IMG/VR virus record: IMGVR_UViG_2799112916_000002
DNA length: 37,819 bases
From: a virus
Reading direction: 5' to 3' (one strand)
Both the position numbers and the translations under genes were made by a program. Numbering within the stretch: position 1 is the stretch's first letter; every line of letters begins with the position of its first letter. Of the stretch, positions 1-10,976 are shown piece after piece. Under the pieces are notes generated by a model. The model saw only the letters and a program-made list of their open reading frames with translations. It searched no databases and had not been told where the DNA came from.

Positions 1-1140
1 ATGAATGACGAGCTATTAAAAAATATGTCAATAACCTGTAACCATTCAAAGGGGACAGCGTTGAATTATGTACATGCTTTGAGAAAGTACTGTGACTATT
101 TTGATATGGAACTTAAAGACTTTCTTGCTGAAGCAGAAGAAGATGAGAATAATGGAGTAAAATGGAAACATAGTCGCTTAAAATCAAGACTTGTTGAGTT
201 TAGGCATCATTTAATGCAAGGTTATGCTTTTAGCAGTGTTAAAAAAGAAATGAATTGCATTAAATTCTTTTACAAATTCTATGACATTGAAATATTGGAT
301 TTACCTAAAGTGAATGAAAAAGCTATTAAAAAATCAGCTCCTATATACTTTAAAGATTTGCCAGATAAGGCAGTAATAAGAGAAGCTTTTAAAATTGCTT
401 CTCCTATGATGAAAGCTGTTATACTATTTGGTTGTTCTAGTGGTTGTGCTAGAGCCGAAACATTGAGTTTGACAGTTGGTGATTACATTGATGCTTTGTC
501 TGATTATTTACCAAGTCGAAATATGGATATCTTTAAAGTAATTGACTATCTCAATGATGTTGATGATGTTGTTCCAACCTTCAGTGTTTTGAGGAAAAAA
601 ACAAACAAATATTATCTCACATACTGTAGTCCTGAAGCTGTAAAAGCTATCAATGCATATCTATTGTTACGTGATAAACCTTTAACTAACGAATGTCCCT
701 TATTTGATATTAGTCGTACACACCTGGTGCGATTATTTGAAGACATTAATGATACTTTAGGTCTAGGAAGGGTAGGTCCATATAGAAGATTCAGAACACA
801 TATGCTCCGTAAATTCCATGCAAGCGCATTATATAATGATGGTATGAGCATAGACAAAGTCAATGATTTACAGGGCAAAGCCAAAAACAAAACCGATGCC
901 GCATATTTCTTGACAAATCCTGAAGATTTAAAATTTGAATATATTGAGCATCTACCGGCAGTAACAATCAACACTGATGTTGAAAAGTTATCTATCAAAT
1001 CTCCGCAGTTCATTCAAATGGAAAAAGAAAACGAATCATTAAGATCCGATGTCGGAAACATGAGAAAAGAACTTGATGAGATGAAAGCATTGAAAAAAGA
1101 ATTTTATGATATTCTTGATAAGGTTGGAGAAGGTTCATAA
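1..1140 (+). CDS. Tyrosine recombinase/integrase
   Basis: SSGCARAETLSL (Arg box), RKKTNK (Lys), HMLRKFHAS (HxxR), LQGKAKNKTDAAYF (nucleophile Tyr); N-terminal core-binding region and C-terminal coiled coil. Confidence 0.9.
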   Translation: MNDELLKNMSITCNHSKGTALNYVHALRKYCDYFDMELKDFLAEAEEDENNGVKWKHSRLKSRLVEFRHHLMQGYAFSSVKKEMNCIKFFYKFYDIEILDLPKVNEKAIKKSAPIYFKDLPDKAVIREAFKIASPMMKAVILFGCSSGCARAETLSLTVGDYIDALSDYLPSRNMDIFKVIDYLNDVDDVVPTFSVLRKKTNKYYLTYCSPEAVKAINAYLLLRDKPLTNECPLFDISRTHLVRLFEDINDTLGLGRVGPYRRFRTHMLRKFHASALYNDGMSIDKVNDLQGKAKNKTDAAYFLTNPEDLKFEYIEHLPAVTINTDVEKLSIKSPQFIQMEKENESLRSDVGNMRKELDEMKALKKEFYDILDKVGEGS

Positions 1141-1329
1141 CCTTATGAAAATTAATAATGGTAACATTCGGCATTTTTTAATATGTGTTGGATGCTATCA
1201 ATATTAATTTTTTATCTATTTTTTTCTATATTTATCCCATTAATTTATTACTTATTTTATATAAAAAATATAATAAATAATATAATAAAAAATATGAAAT
1301 GATTATTATGGGAATTGCTGATTATATTA

Positions 1330-1355
1330 AAACTAGATTATTAAACTAGATTATT
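1330..1355 (+). repeat. Perfect 13-bp tandem duplication AAACTAGATTATT x2
   Basis: Copies at 1330-1342 and 1343-1355; creates TAG at 1347-1349 in the frame of ATG 1308. Confidence 0.97.
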
Positions 1356-2622
1356 GAATAACCGTGTGGAACAGTATAATACTAAGCGTAGCTATTGGGG
1401 AGAAAATGAAAGGCAACCAAGAACTGATGGAATCAATACTGGCCTTGACTTGCCAGATGCGCTGCCACCAGTGATTAATAAAACTATAGCTAATGCCCGT
1501 TATGCCGTTAAACTTGACGGCTACACTTCAGGTATTTTGAAAAACAGAATCGATAAGGCCAATGTCAATATTGTGCTTGTGGACAAGGATAACAAACTCT
1601 CACAGGAACAGAAATTGACTTTGATATTATGGGCTCGCAGAATTGACATCCGCCAGGTGGCTAAAGAGATCCTGCAGGGCGGAATGGTTGACGGTGAGGG
1701 GGTAATCAAACCGGTTCAGCGTTGGGATAAAAAAATCGGCAAATACATTAAACCGGTATTTCTTGAAATAGGTGCACACGGCTATGGCCTCAAAAAGGAA
1801 TTCAACGATGACAATGAGGTGCAGCTATACCTTCATGAGATGCCTAAGGATGTTGTTAATGGATTTCCAGAAGATTTTAATAATTTCATAAGTGTGGAAG
1901 AGGGAACATTAACGGTTAAGTATGAAGCAGGCGAAGTCATTAACTTCATGTACAATGAGATTTACGGCGAAGCTCAAAGTATTATCCTGAATTGCCTTGA
2001 TGACATTTACCACAAGTGCAATCTGGAACGCAATCAGGTTGAGAGAATCAACAAGGACAATATCATTGAAGTCAAGCCATCACTTGATGCAAACGGTAGG
2101 CCATATATCATGGAACTCTCATCAACTGCAAAAGAAAATTTATACGCTGATTACGGGACTACAGCTGACAGTAATGTAGCTATTGTGCCTCCAGGTATTG
2201 AGAGTAAAATTCTTGGTGGTAACAACTACCAGTCCGACTATACAAGACAGACTGAAATCTTCAGAAATAACATTTTAAGAACTTTTGTAACTCCTCAGTC
2301 ACAGGCAGGTAATGAACGTTCCAATCAGAATGTTGCAGAATACATTAACGACTCAGCAATCACAGGGTTCATCGTTAATGTGGCCAATGACCAGAAATGG
2401 GTGCTGAAGTACTGCAATATGTTGTTGAACATGCAGCTGGAACTTATGGGAATTGACGAAACATTGAATGTCTATTTCAGCTATTCAAGGGATGACGTTT
2501 TAAGATACATTATGGAACTTACAGCTGAAGGTGATGAAATCTACAAGAATTATTTAACCAACTTTGAAGAGGAACAACCGGTCGGTGAAAGGATTGTCAG
2601 TGACAGCGGTGTTGAAATATAA
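1354..2622 (+). CDS. Viral portal-like protein; probable native ATG at 1308 is out of frame because of a duplication, so possibly a pseudogene
   Basis: About 420 aa directly upstream of protease/scaffold; portal-like segments DGEGVI, GEAQSIILNCLDDI, VAIVPPGIESKILG, ILRTFVTPQSQAG. ORF track starts at a TTG with no RBS. Confidence 0.65.
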   Translation: MNNRVEQYNTKRSYWGENERQPRTDGINTGLDLPDALPPVINKTIANARYAVKLDGYTSGILKNRIDKANVNIVLVDKDNKLSQEQKLTLILWARRIDIRQVAKEILQGGMVDGEGVIKPVQRWDKKIGKYIKPVFLEIGAHGYGLKKEFNDDNEVQLYLHEMPKDVVNGFPEDFNNFISVEEGTLTVKYEAGEVINFMYNEIYGEAQSIILNCLDDIYHKCNLERNQVERINKDNIIEVKPSLDANGRPYIMELSSTAKENLYADYGTTADSNVAIVPPGIESKILGGNNYQSDYTRQTEIFRNNILRTFVTPQSQAGNERSNQNVAEYINDSAITGFIVNVANDQKWVLKYCNMLLNMQLELMGIDETLNVYFSYSRDDVLRYIMELTAEGDEIYKNYLTNFEEEQPVGERIVSDSGVEI

Positions 2623-2675
2623 TAAAAGTTTATATAAAATAAGTAATAAATTATATAATAAATCTTATAATAAAA
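2617..2675 (+). promoter_or_regulatory. AT-rich promoter with repeated TATAATAAA units upstream of protease/scaffold
   Basis: TTTATATA box; AAGTAATAAATTATATAATAAA (2641-2662) is identical to 21858-21879. Confidence 0.5.
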
Positions 2676-2685
2676 TGTGATAATC

Positions 2686-3666
2686 ATGAAACATGAACTT
2701 TTTGAAGTAGGACTATACGACTATTCTGATTTGGATGATCGCCTTACAAAACCTGTCAAATGGACAGAAGACGATCTAAAGCAGATTGCAGAAAACTACA
2801 GAGGCGGAATTCCTTTAACCTCAGAACATGACAAGGTTTACATAGGCATTGGAAATAACATTGTTTTTGAGGAGGATAAGGGAAAGCTGTTCATTGAAGT
2901 TCCTGACGAACTGGACATGAAAGGAAAAGGCCTGTCACCTAAAGTGGATGTTTTACTTAAAGATAACGGAGATACATTTGGAATTGATACTATGAGCTTA
3001 ATAGATGTTGGCGTAACCAAAAGCCCAAGAAAAATAACTTTGCTGAACTCAGAAATAACCGGCGAGACTGGAGAAACCGGAGAGACCGGTGCAACCGGAA
3101 ATCCCGAACCTGCACCACAGCCGCCTACTAGTGAAAATCAGGATGTTAATGTGGCAACCAATCTGCTCCTGGAAAAACTTCAGGGCAAGGATGCTGAAAT
3201 CGGAAAACTGCAGGATGAGATTAATAGCTTAAAAGAGGAATCTGAAAAATACAATGAGATTAAAAAAGCTATTGAAGAGAACAAGGAATTCATTGAAAAC
3301 AAGGAAGATATCCTAAAGGAATTATCTGAACTCAGAAAACATGAAAACGAAAGGAAAATTAAAGAGTACGAAGCCAAATACAACTTCAACTATAATGAAA
3401 ACCAGCAGGACAAGGAGATAATCGATAAATTATTGTCCGGGGATGTTGATATGGAACTTATGGAGAAACTGGCCGAGAGAAGAATTAAAATCGAAGCCAG
3501 TAATGACGGTTCAACACCTGGAGGAAGAAATCCCCAAAACTCCGGTGATGTAATTGAAACCGGATCAACCGGCAGCACCGGAGATGATGATAAACCTTCA
3601 TTTACAACTCGTGAAGAATACAATAAAATCCTAAAGGACATGGGTTTCAACAGAACAAGAATCTAG
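2686..3666 (+). CDS. Prohead protease-scaffold fusion (Mu gpI-like architecture)
   Basis: N-terminal domain with candidate catalytic His (TSEH) and Ser (GLSP) and LIDVGVTKSP; then TGE/TGA linker, long acidic/Lys coiled coil and low-complexity tail. Start moved to ATG 2686 after GTGATAATC; follows portal. Confidence 0.65.
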   Translation: MKHELFEVGLYDYSDLDDRLTKPVKWTEDDLKQIAENYRGGIPLTSEHDKVYIGIGNNIVFEEDKGKLFIEVPDELDMKGKGLSPKVDVLLKDNGDTFGIDTMSLIDVGVTKSPRKITLLNSEITGETGETGETGATGNPEPAPQPPTSENQDVNVATNLLLEKLQGKDAEIGKLQDEINSLKEESEKYNEIKKAIEENKEFIENKEDILKELSELRKHENERKIKEYEAKYNFNYNENQQDKEIIDKLLSGDVDMELMEKLAERRIKIEASNDGSTPGGRNPQNSGDVIETGSTGSTGDDDKPSFTTREEYNKILKDMGFNRTRI

Positions 3667-3737
3667 CTATGATGGTGTTTTTTGCTTTTTCCACCGGAGC
3701 TAGTATTTATTCATTGAATTGCTCGTTGTTTAGTTCA

Positions 3738-3765
3738 GGGGGAGTGTTGATGTGTTCGCTTCCCC
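3738..3765. terminator. Hairpin downstream of scaffold gene
   Basis: GGGGGAGTG (3738-3746) pairs with CGCTTCCCC (3757-3765) with two G-U pairs. Confidence 0.45.
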
Positions 3766-3789
3766 TCATTTTCATAAACTTAACCCAAC

Positions 3790-3904
3790 GGAACCGACCG
3801 GCAAGGGTCGGTTCCTCACTATAACCTATGCTCGCCAATTCTATACACCAGGCCTCCACACACGCCTCGTTTCACTCGGCGTGGTTCCGGCCTGGCGAAT
3901 TGGC
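3790..3904. repeat. GC-rich palindrome cluster (REP/MITE-like or structured RNA)
   Basis: GGAACCGACC/GGTCGGTTCC (3790-3815); nested GCCAATTC/GAATTGGC, CCAGGCC/GGCCTGG and CACGCC/GGCGTG (3834-3904). Confidence 0.7.
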
Positions 3905-4088
3905 TCGCTTATAACATGAGTATAATGAAGTTAACATTATCAAGAAATCAATTTTCAGCAATTAAATAAAAAGTATTTTTATTACTTTAAATTAGTGAAA
4001 GATTGTTGATATCTTTCACAAATTAATTTGTTCATTAAGTAATGCTATAATTTTTAAATAACTTTTTAGTTGGTAAAATTAAAGACGA

Positions 4089-4568
4089 TTACCATTCCCA
4101 ACCTTGAAGAATCATAAATTCATCAAAATTAAAACATTCTACATCCATTTGTTCACATACAAAAGGAATTTTACGTTTTGGATGTTTGTCAGCTGTTTCG
4201 TTTGTGACAACTGTACTCCCATCAACAATTCCTACTGCAATCAGATACGGATCTGCCCAATATTTTTTATTTTCTCCGTGTTTTTGAAAAATATCAAATG
4301 ATTCTAAATCTTCCATTGCAGACCAATATTCCAATGAATTATCTTTTTCAGATAAATCAACAAAAAAACCAAGATTATTATGTATTTCGTCCCATTTTTC
4401 TTTGACAGAATCATCAATACTTGATATTTCAAGCTGCACTTCTGGAACAGAATAAATGATGTTTTTATCAACCATGTTGTATAAATTATTCCATAATGAC
4501 TTAAATACTGCGGGATTGAACTTTTTTAAATTGATAATAACATCAGTATCAAAAACATAAGTTTCCAT
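4089..4568 (-). CDS. DUF4411-like PIN-domain protein
   Basis: YVFDTDVIIN, SVPEVQLE, ADPYLIA, TVVTNE, KIPFVC; 7 bp downstream of XRE-ImmA gene, the usual pairing for this family. Confidence 0.85.
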   Translation of the reverse strand: METYVFDTDVIINLKKFNPAVFKSLWNNLYNMVDKNIIYSVPEVQLEISSIDDSVKEKWDEIHNNLGFFVDLSEKDNSLEYWSAMEDLESFDIFQKHGENKKYWADPYLIAVGIVDGSTVVTNETADKHPKRKIPFVCEQMDVECFNFDEFMILQGWEW

Positions 4569-4575
4569 TTAATAA

Positions 4576-5733
4576 TCACCCAAATAATTGTTCAGATAAC
4601 TCATTCACATGTTTTAATCTAAGACCTATCCCTTGTGAGAACTCCACACCTGACAAAATACCTGCTTCATAAGCAGATAGTAATAATGAAGAATATAATT
4701 TTCCATTATATTTAACTTGATTACGAACAGGGCTCCCCCCTCCACCTGATTTTTTGTCTTTTTCCTTTTTGAAGTCCTCATCCCATTCTCTTTTAAAAAT
4801 ATCATAGGATTCTTGATGAGCTTTATTTAAATTGATTAATCTAAGTAATATTGAATGTTTACTAACACCATATTCATTAGATAAATCCCATAACTCTTTA
4901 TTTGTCCATTCTTTTGAAATATTATTTTTAACAATTGATTTATTTAATAAATCCTCTTTTGGAATTAAAAATTGTGCTGCTACGGAATTACATAACCATT
5001 CTTTAGAATTATTTTTATCAACATCACAAATTGCACTTTCACCTAATAATAAATGAGTTAATTCATGGAATAATGAGAATATTCTTGCATTTGGAGAATC
5101 AGCACTATTTAATAAAATAATAGGATATTCATCGTAATAAATACATAATGCTCTCATTTCATCTAAAGAAACTCTTGGCACTTCAAATATTAGAATTCCT
5201 AATTCTTCACTAAGTTTATCTTTCCATTGATTGAGGAAATTATAATGTTTAGTATTTTTTCTATTATTAACATATAACCATGATTTTTGCTCTTCTAAGT
5301 CTACATTTAATATATTTCTAATGTGATTTGCCAATGTATAAACATTATTAGAATTTAATTTAAATTTTGAGAATGAAGTTTTAGGATAATGCATATCATC
5401 CAATAATTCAATATACATATCTCTTTTAGCAATTGCATCATGTATACCTAAGGTTAAATTAGGTGACCTAATTTGACATTCTAAATTATCTAACTTCCGA
5501 TATTCAATAAAATCTAATGTTAAATGTTCAGGTAAATTTTTTCTAAAAAAGAATGCAGAAGGTCGTCTAAAATATTTACTAATGTCACATAATTGTTTCC
5601 AAGTAGGCATAGTCTTACCAGATTCCCATTCTTCAAATTTTGGTTTAATCTTATTAGGTAAATTGGAATAATCATAACCAGCTTCTTCTCTAGCCCACTT
5701 TAAAGCTTCAGGATTAATCTTTACTCTACCCAT
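4576..5733 (-). CDS. XRE-family HTH fused to ImmA/IrrE (DUF955) zinc metallopeptidase
   Basis: INPEALKWARE...WESGKTMPTWKQL HTH; FHELTH (HExxH); EWLCNSVAAQFLIP. Confidence 0.9.
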   Translation of the reverse strand: MGRVKINPEALKWAREEAGYDYSNLPNKIKPKFEEWESGKTMPTWKQLCDISKYFRRPSAFFFRKNLPEHLTLDFIEYRKLDNLECQIRSPNLTLGIHDAIAKRDMYIELLDDMHYPKTSFSKFKLNSNNVYTLANHIRNILNVDLEEQKSWLYVNNRKNTKHYNFLNQWKDKLSEELGILIFEVPRVSLDEMRALCIYYDEYPIILLNSADSPNARIFSLFHELTHLLLGESAICDVDKNNSKEWLCNSVAAQFLIPKEDLLNKSIVKNNISKEWTNKELWDLSNEYGVSKHSILLRLINLNKAHQESYDIFKREWDEDFKKEKDKKSGGGGSPVRNQVKYNGKLYSSLLLSAYEAGILSGVEFSQGIGLRLKHVNELSEQLFG

Positions 5734-6037
5734 AAACCATGCCTCCTTTTAATTCTATAATTTAATTTATCTTTAATTAATATAAAGTAATTTTCTATTT
5801 AATTTTTTCAACTACTTTTTTTGTTCGTTAAGTTTGAATAAATCATTCTTAACCATCAACTTTGTTAAATTCTGTCTTTGGCATTTTATATATTTTTTAA
5901 AGATGATGATATTCTATTTTTTTCATTTTTATTTTATCTTTTGGCCATATTTAAACGTTGTACTGATATAGTCCTGATTAATAATATTACTATTTTTATT
6001 ATATTATTTATATAAAAAGGATAATAAAATATTAATC

Positions 6038-7228
6038 ATGACATTGCAAGAAGAATTACAAATCAATATTGTAATTAATAATTACACTCTAAGAAGTGGT
6101 AGCTATTCATCCAACTATGATTATATATTGTTGGATTCACTATCCAATAGTTTTTATTCAAGTTTATTCAGAAATGACTTGAAAAATCTAAAGATTAAAA
6201 CCTGGAACAACAGTGAATGTAAAGTTTTGTACCTTCCAAGCTATGGATCCCAACCTGCAGCAATACTTGTCAGAATTCCTGTCAGCAAAATCTCACAGAC
6301 AACAAAACTATTATTGGAAGTTCATAACAGATCAACAACATTTTCAAGCACTTTAACAACAGGCGGCGAAGTGCTGATGTTTGATGCAAACCATGATACA
6401 TACCAAGACTTTTTCATGAGTTACTCAGGCTTAAGCATCAGCAATGACTCAACGGATGGCGGGAAATTCCTGAGGGCAAGATACGTTCCAAGCATCGACG
6501 GAAGTTCACCGACAAGTCTATTTACCAAAGTCGCTTCTGGCGTGAGTTTATCAAATAACCGTGTCACTGTTGCAAGATTCAAAAGAATCAACGGCTGTGT
6601 CAACACCAATGATAATGCAACATATCATGGAACAACAACCGGAACAAACATGATGCAGATGGATGGAAATCTCACCATTTATCAGGAGGATTTAAAAGTC
6701 ACATCCTTGAATTGGGATGGTCAGAAATCTTACCTGATGTTTAAGGGCTCTGAAACATTGGTGCAGGTCAATTCAAATGATGCCTATGCTTCAGGAAGTG
6801 ATGATGAGGGCAATTATAAACAATATCATTTCCATGGAAGGGTATCAAACGGCTTCAGCAGTGACTCAGATTATCTGGAAGGCTTTGACAGGAACAACCC
6901 GACCAAAATCTATGACAACAATTACCATGAAGTGGAGATTGCTCCGGCATGGTTTTTAACAGATGAATTCGAAGAATACAATTACGTTGATTTAAAGTGG
7001 CTATTAATCTTTCCATCACCGATACTGGCAGCTAATGCAATTCCACAGATAACAGTAACGGAAAAGAAATCTAAAACTGGAATTCGGTTATACAAGGGAA
7101 GCCATGAATATCCAAAGGCATATAAAGGCTCAACGTTACTGTGGGATGCCAATGACGAGACAATGGATGATACCGGACTTCACATTCCGGATAAAATAAT
7201 TAATCACAATTGGGACTGGGTGTTTTAA
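6038..7228 (+). CDS. Putative virion fibre/adhesin protein (DUF2341-like N-terminus, beta-rich body)
   Basis: FRNDLKNLKI...ILVRIP...LLLEVHN resembles DUF2341; Ser/Thr/Asn-rich; C-terminal IRLYKG...AYKGSTLLWD fibre-type motif; first gene of the fibre cluster. Confidence 0.45.
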   Translation: MTLQEELQINIVINNYTLRSGSYSSNYDYILLDSLSNSFYSSLFRNDLKNLKIKTWNNSECKVLYLPSYGSQPAAILVRIPVSKISQTTKLLLEVHNRSTTFSSTLTTGGEVLMFDANHDTYQDFFMSYSGLSISNDSTDGGKFLRARYVPSIDGSSPTSLFTKVASGVSLSNNRVTVARFKRINGCVNTNDNATYHGTTTGTNMMQMDGNLTIYQEDLKVTSLNWDGQKSYLMFKGSETLVQVNSNDAYASGSDDEGNYKQYHFHGRVSNGFSSDSDYLEGFDRNNPTKIYDNNYHEVEIAPAWFLTDEFEEYNYVDLKWLLIFPSPILAANAIPQITVTEKKSKTGIRLYKGSHEYPKAYKGSTLLWDANDETMDDTGLHIPDKIINHNWDWVF

Positions 7229-8005
7229 ATGATTACAGATTATGATTTTGATTCAACAATCGGACACGGCCGTGGATATCCCACAGGATTGGAACATTCA
7301 GATAAAATGGATGTAATTGCTTGTCTTCTGGATGAGGGCAAAAGGACATATGTCAATGAGGAACATACTGCATGGATTTCCTCAAATCGCTGCGGAGTAG
7401 GCGAAATGGTAACGCTGGACGAGTCATCAACAATGGAACATACTGTTGTCAGAAAAGCCAAGGAGGGCGAACTTGCTTTCGGATATCTTTTAGGCAAGGT
7501 GCAGATTCGTTCTTCAGGCCATACTCTTGTTACTGTGGCCGTGCTTGGTGATGTCTTCAGACTGAAACTCAAACGGCCCGCACCTGCAGACATATTGCCG
7601 AATACAAGAATCTACATTGACAGTGATGGTGAATGTAATCCAGTTCATGGCCATGATTTAAGATTACTTTCAATTGTCAATTTAACTGAAAACGAAGACG
7701 TAGAATACATCAGGGTTTATCGCCAGATGTCTGAAATTGAAATGTATCCGGAATCCCAGAACTGCATTGATCTTGCAGACTGTAGCTTCGAACAGGATGA
7801 GATAACACACGTCGTCAATATGATTGTGCCTACAGAATCAAACATCATGGCTCAGGCCAATTACGTCAAGGATGCAGACGGCGTCACATACTGCGAGCTT
7901 CCGGATGTAGCTATTATCAATAACGTCCGATTCGTGTGGGAAGACAACAAGCTATACATGGAATGGGACGGTTGCGATGATGATGAAAAAGTATATTTTA
8001 TATAA
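7229..8005 (+). CDS. Capsid decoration/cement paralogue with acidic C-terminal extension
   Basis: Shares LLDEG, VTL, V(R/K)K, VLGxxFRLKL and YI(R/E)V(Y/F)R with the 9387 and 21914 products. Confidence 0.55.
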   Translation: MITDYDFDSTIGHGRGYPTGLEHSDKMDVIACLLDEGKRTYVNEEHTAWISSNRCGVGEMVTLDESSTMEHTVVRKAKEGELAFGYLLGKVQIRSSGHTLVTVAVLGDVFRLKLKRPAPADILPNTRIYIDSDGECNPVHGHDLRLLSIVNLTENEDVEYIRVYRQMSEIEMYPESQNCIDLADCSFEQDEITHVVNMIVPTESNIMAQANYVKDADGVTYCELPDVAIINNVRFVWEDNKLYMEWDGCDDDEKVYFI

Positions 8006-8072
8006 AATAAATAATAAAATATATAATAAATTATATAATAAAAAATATAATAAATAATAGTGAGGCAAAACC

Positions 8073-8264
8073 ATGACCATAAGGAAGCTTGTAGGAACAC
8101 TTGAAAACAAAGGACCATACATCGATCAGTCAACAGGGCACTGGTTCTACTGGAACGGAACCAAATACGTCGATTCAGGCTATCCTTATGCTGTCAAACC
8201 TGTAATTCAATTCAAAATTGAAGATGGTATTCTTTACTATTCAATTACTTGGGAGGCACAATAA
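8073..8264 (+). CDS. Small fibre-associated protein
   Basis: 63 aa, RBS GAGG; GPYIDQSTGHWFYWNGTKYVDSG resembles collagen-fibre linker motifs; FKIEDGILYY resembles FVWEDNKLYM in the 7229 product. Confidence 0.5.
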   Translation: MTIRKLVGTLENKGPYIDQSTGHWFYWNGTKYVDSGYPYAVKPVIQFKIEDGILYYSITWEAQ

Positions 8265-8266
8265 GA

Positions 8267-8518
8267 ATGATTTATGAATTTCTAGAGAAAAACAGAAAGG
8301 ACATTGACATATTGACTTCATTTCTGGTCACAGCTATTCCAATCGTCATGTTATACTCAGAGGCACTAGGCATTACAGAAAATACAATTCCCTACTGTAT
8401 CCTTATGATAGTGTTAGGTATAGCCAGTCATTATGCAAGCAGGATAAGGGGCGAAGGAGATGTTGAAGACGCAAAACAGAAAGCTAAAAGAGTTTTGGGT
8501 TTCCCTGAAGAAAGATAA
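8267..8518 (+). CDS. Small membrane protein, holin-like
   Basis: Two hydrophobic segments, charged C-terminus; GGAGG upstream of ATG 8267. Confidence 0.5.
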   Translation: MIYEFLEKNRKDIDILTSFLVTAIPIVMLYSEALGITENTIPYCILMIVLGIASHYASRIRGEGDVEDAKQKAKRVLGFPEER

Positions 8519-8542
8519 AATTCTTTGGAGGATATTGTTATC

Positions 8543-8800
8543 ATGAACGAATTAAAAAAGAAGATTGTTATCTGCAACTTTACCAAAACAATTTCAAGTG
8601 CCGTTTTAACAGCTGTAGCTATCAACATCATCATGACCAATGCAACAAAGTATGCTTTAATCGAAGGTCTGATACCATTTGCTTTAGCTATTGTTATTGT
8701 GGCCATGATTGATTTGTATGAGTATAGATGTCAAAAAGAGGATATGATTAATTTGGATGATTTGGAAAGCAGAGTCGAAAAACTGGAGAGTGAAAAATGA
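8543..8800 (+). CDS. Small membrane protein, holin-like
   Basis: Two hydrophobic segments, charged heptad-like tail (LDDLESRVEKLE); GGAGGA upstream of ATG 8543. Confidence 0.5.
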   Translation: MNELKKKIVICNFTKTISSAVLTAVAINIIMTNATKYALIEGLIPFALAIVIVAMIDLYEYRCQKEDMINLDDLESRVEKLESEK

Positions 8801-9386
8801 AGATACTGATTGCAGTTCCAACCTTTGAAAACATCAAACCGGAATGCTTCAAAAGCATTTACGGTTTAAAAAGACCGGAAGGATATGATCTCTATTTTGA
8901 TTATGTTGCAGGCTATGACTGTGCCAAGGCCAGAAATCAGATAGCTAAAAATGCAATGGCTGGAAACTATGATTACGTACTTATGGTTGACTCAGACATT
9001 CAGCTTCCAAAAGATACATTAATCAGGTTACTGGAATGCAAATCAGATATTGCTCTTGGATGGTATTATCGAAAGAGGACAAAAACCAATCAGACAGTAA
9101 TCTTCACTTTCGGAAAGGACTTCAACGATGAAAACTGCATCAAAGGCCGTACAATGATTCATGAGATTCCAAGGCCGATTGAAGTCAAAGGTGGAGGACT
9201 GGGAATTGCATTGATTAAAGTCAATATCTTTGAAAAGCTTCAATATCCATATTTTAAGTTTGTAACTTATCCTGATGATTCAGTACTCTCTGAAGATTTA
9301 TATTTCTGCAATTTAGCTAGTGGAAACGGGTGTGATATTAAATGTAACCCAAGTGTAAAAGGAAATCATATATTTGAAGTGATAAT

Positions 9387-9390
<4 letters not shown>
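8797..9390 (+). CDS. GT-A fold glycosyltransferase (GT2-like, phage type)
   Basis: ILIAVPT, ARNQIA, YDYVLMVDSD (DxD), GLGIALIKV, SEDLYFC; ATGA overlap with the upstream gene. Confidence 0.85.
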
Positions 9391-10919
<1,529 letters not shown>

Positions 10920-10944
10920 ACTAAATCCATTAAATCCCTAAATT

Positions 10945-10976
10945 AAGGAAGTGCCGTGCGTACTTCCTTTTTTTTT
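10945..10976 (+). terminator. Hairpin plus T-tract terminator
   Basis: AAGGAAGTGC / GTACTTCCTT (10 bp, one G-U), 5-nt loop, then a T run. Confidence 0.7.

Noticed and set aside
7995-8060. AT-rich tandem units as CRISPR or iteron array
   Set aside because: No constant repeat with unique spacers; better treated as the promoter motif.
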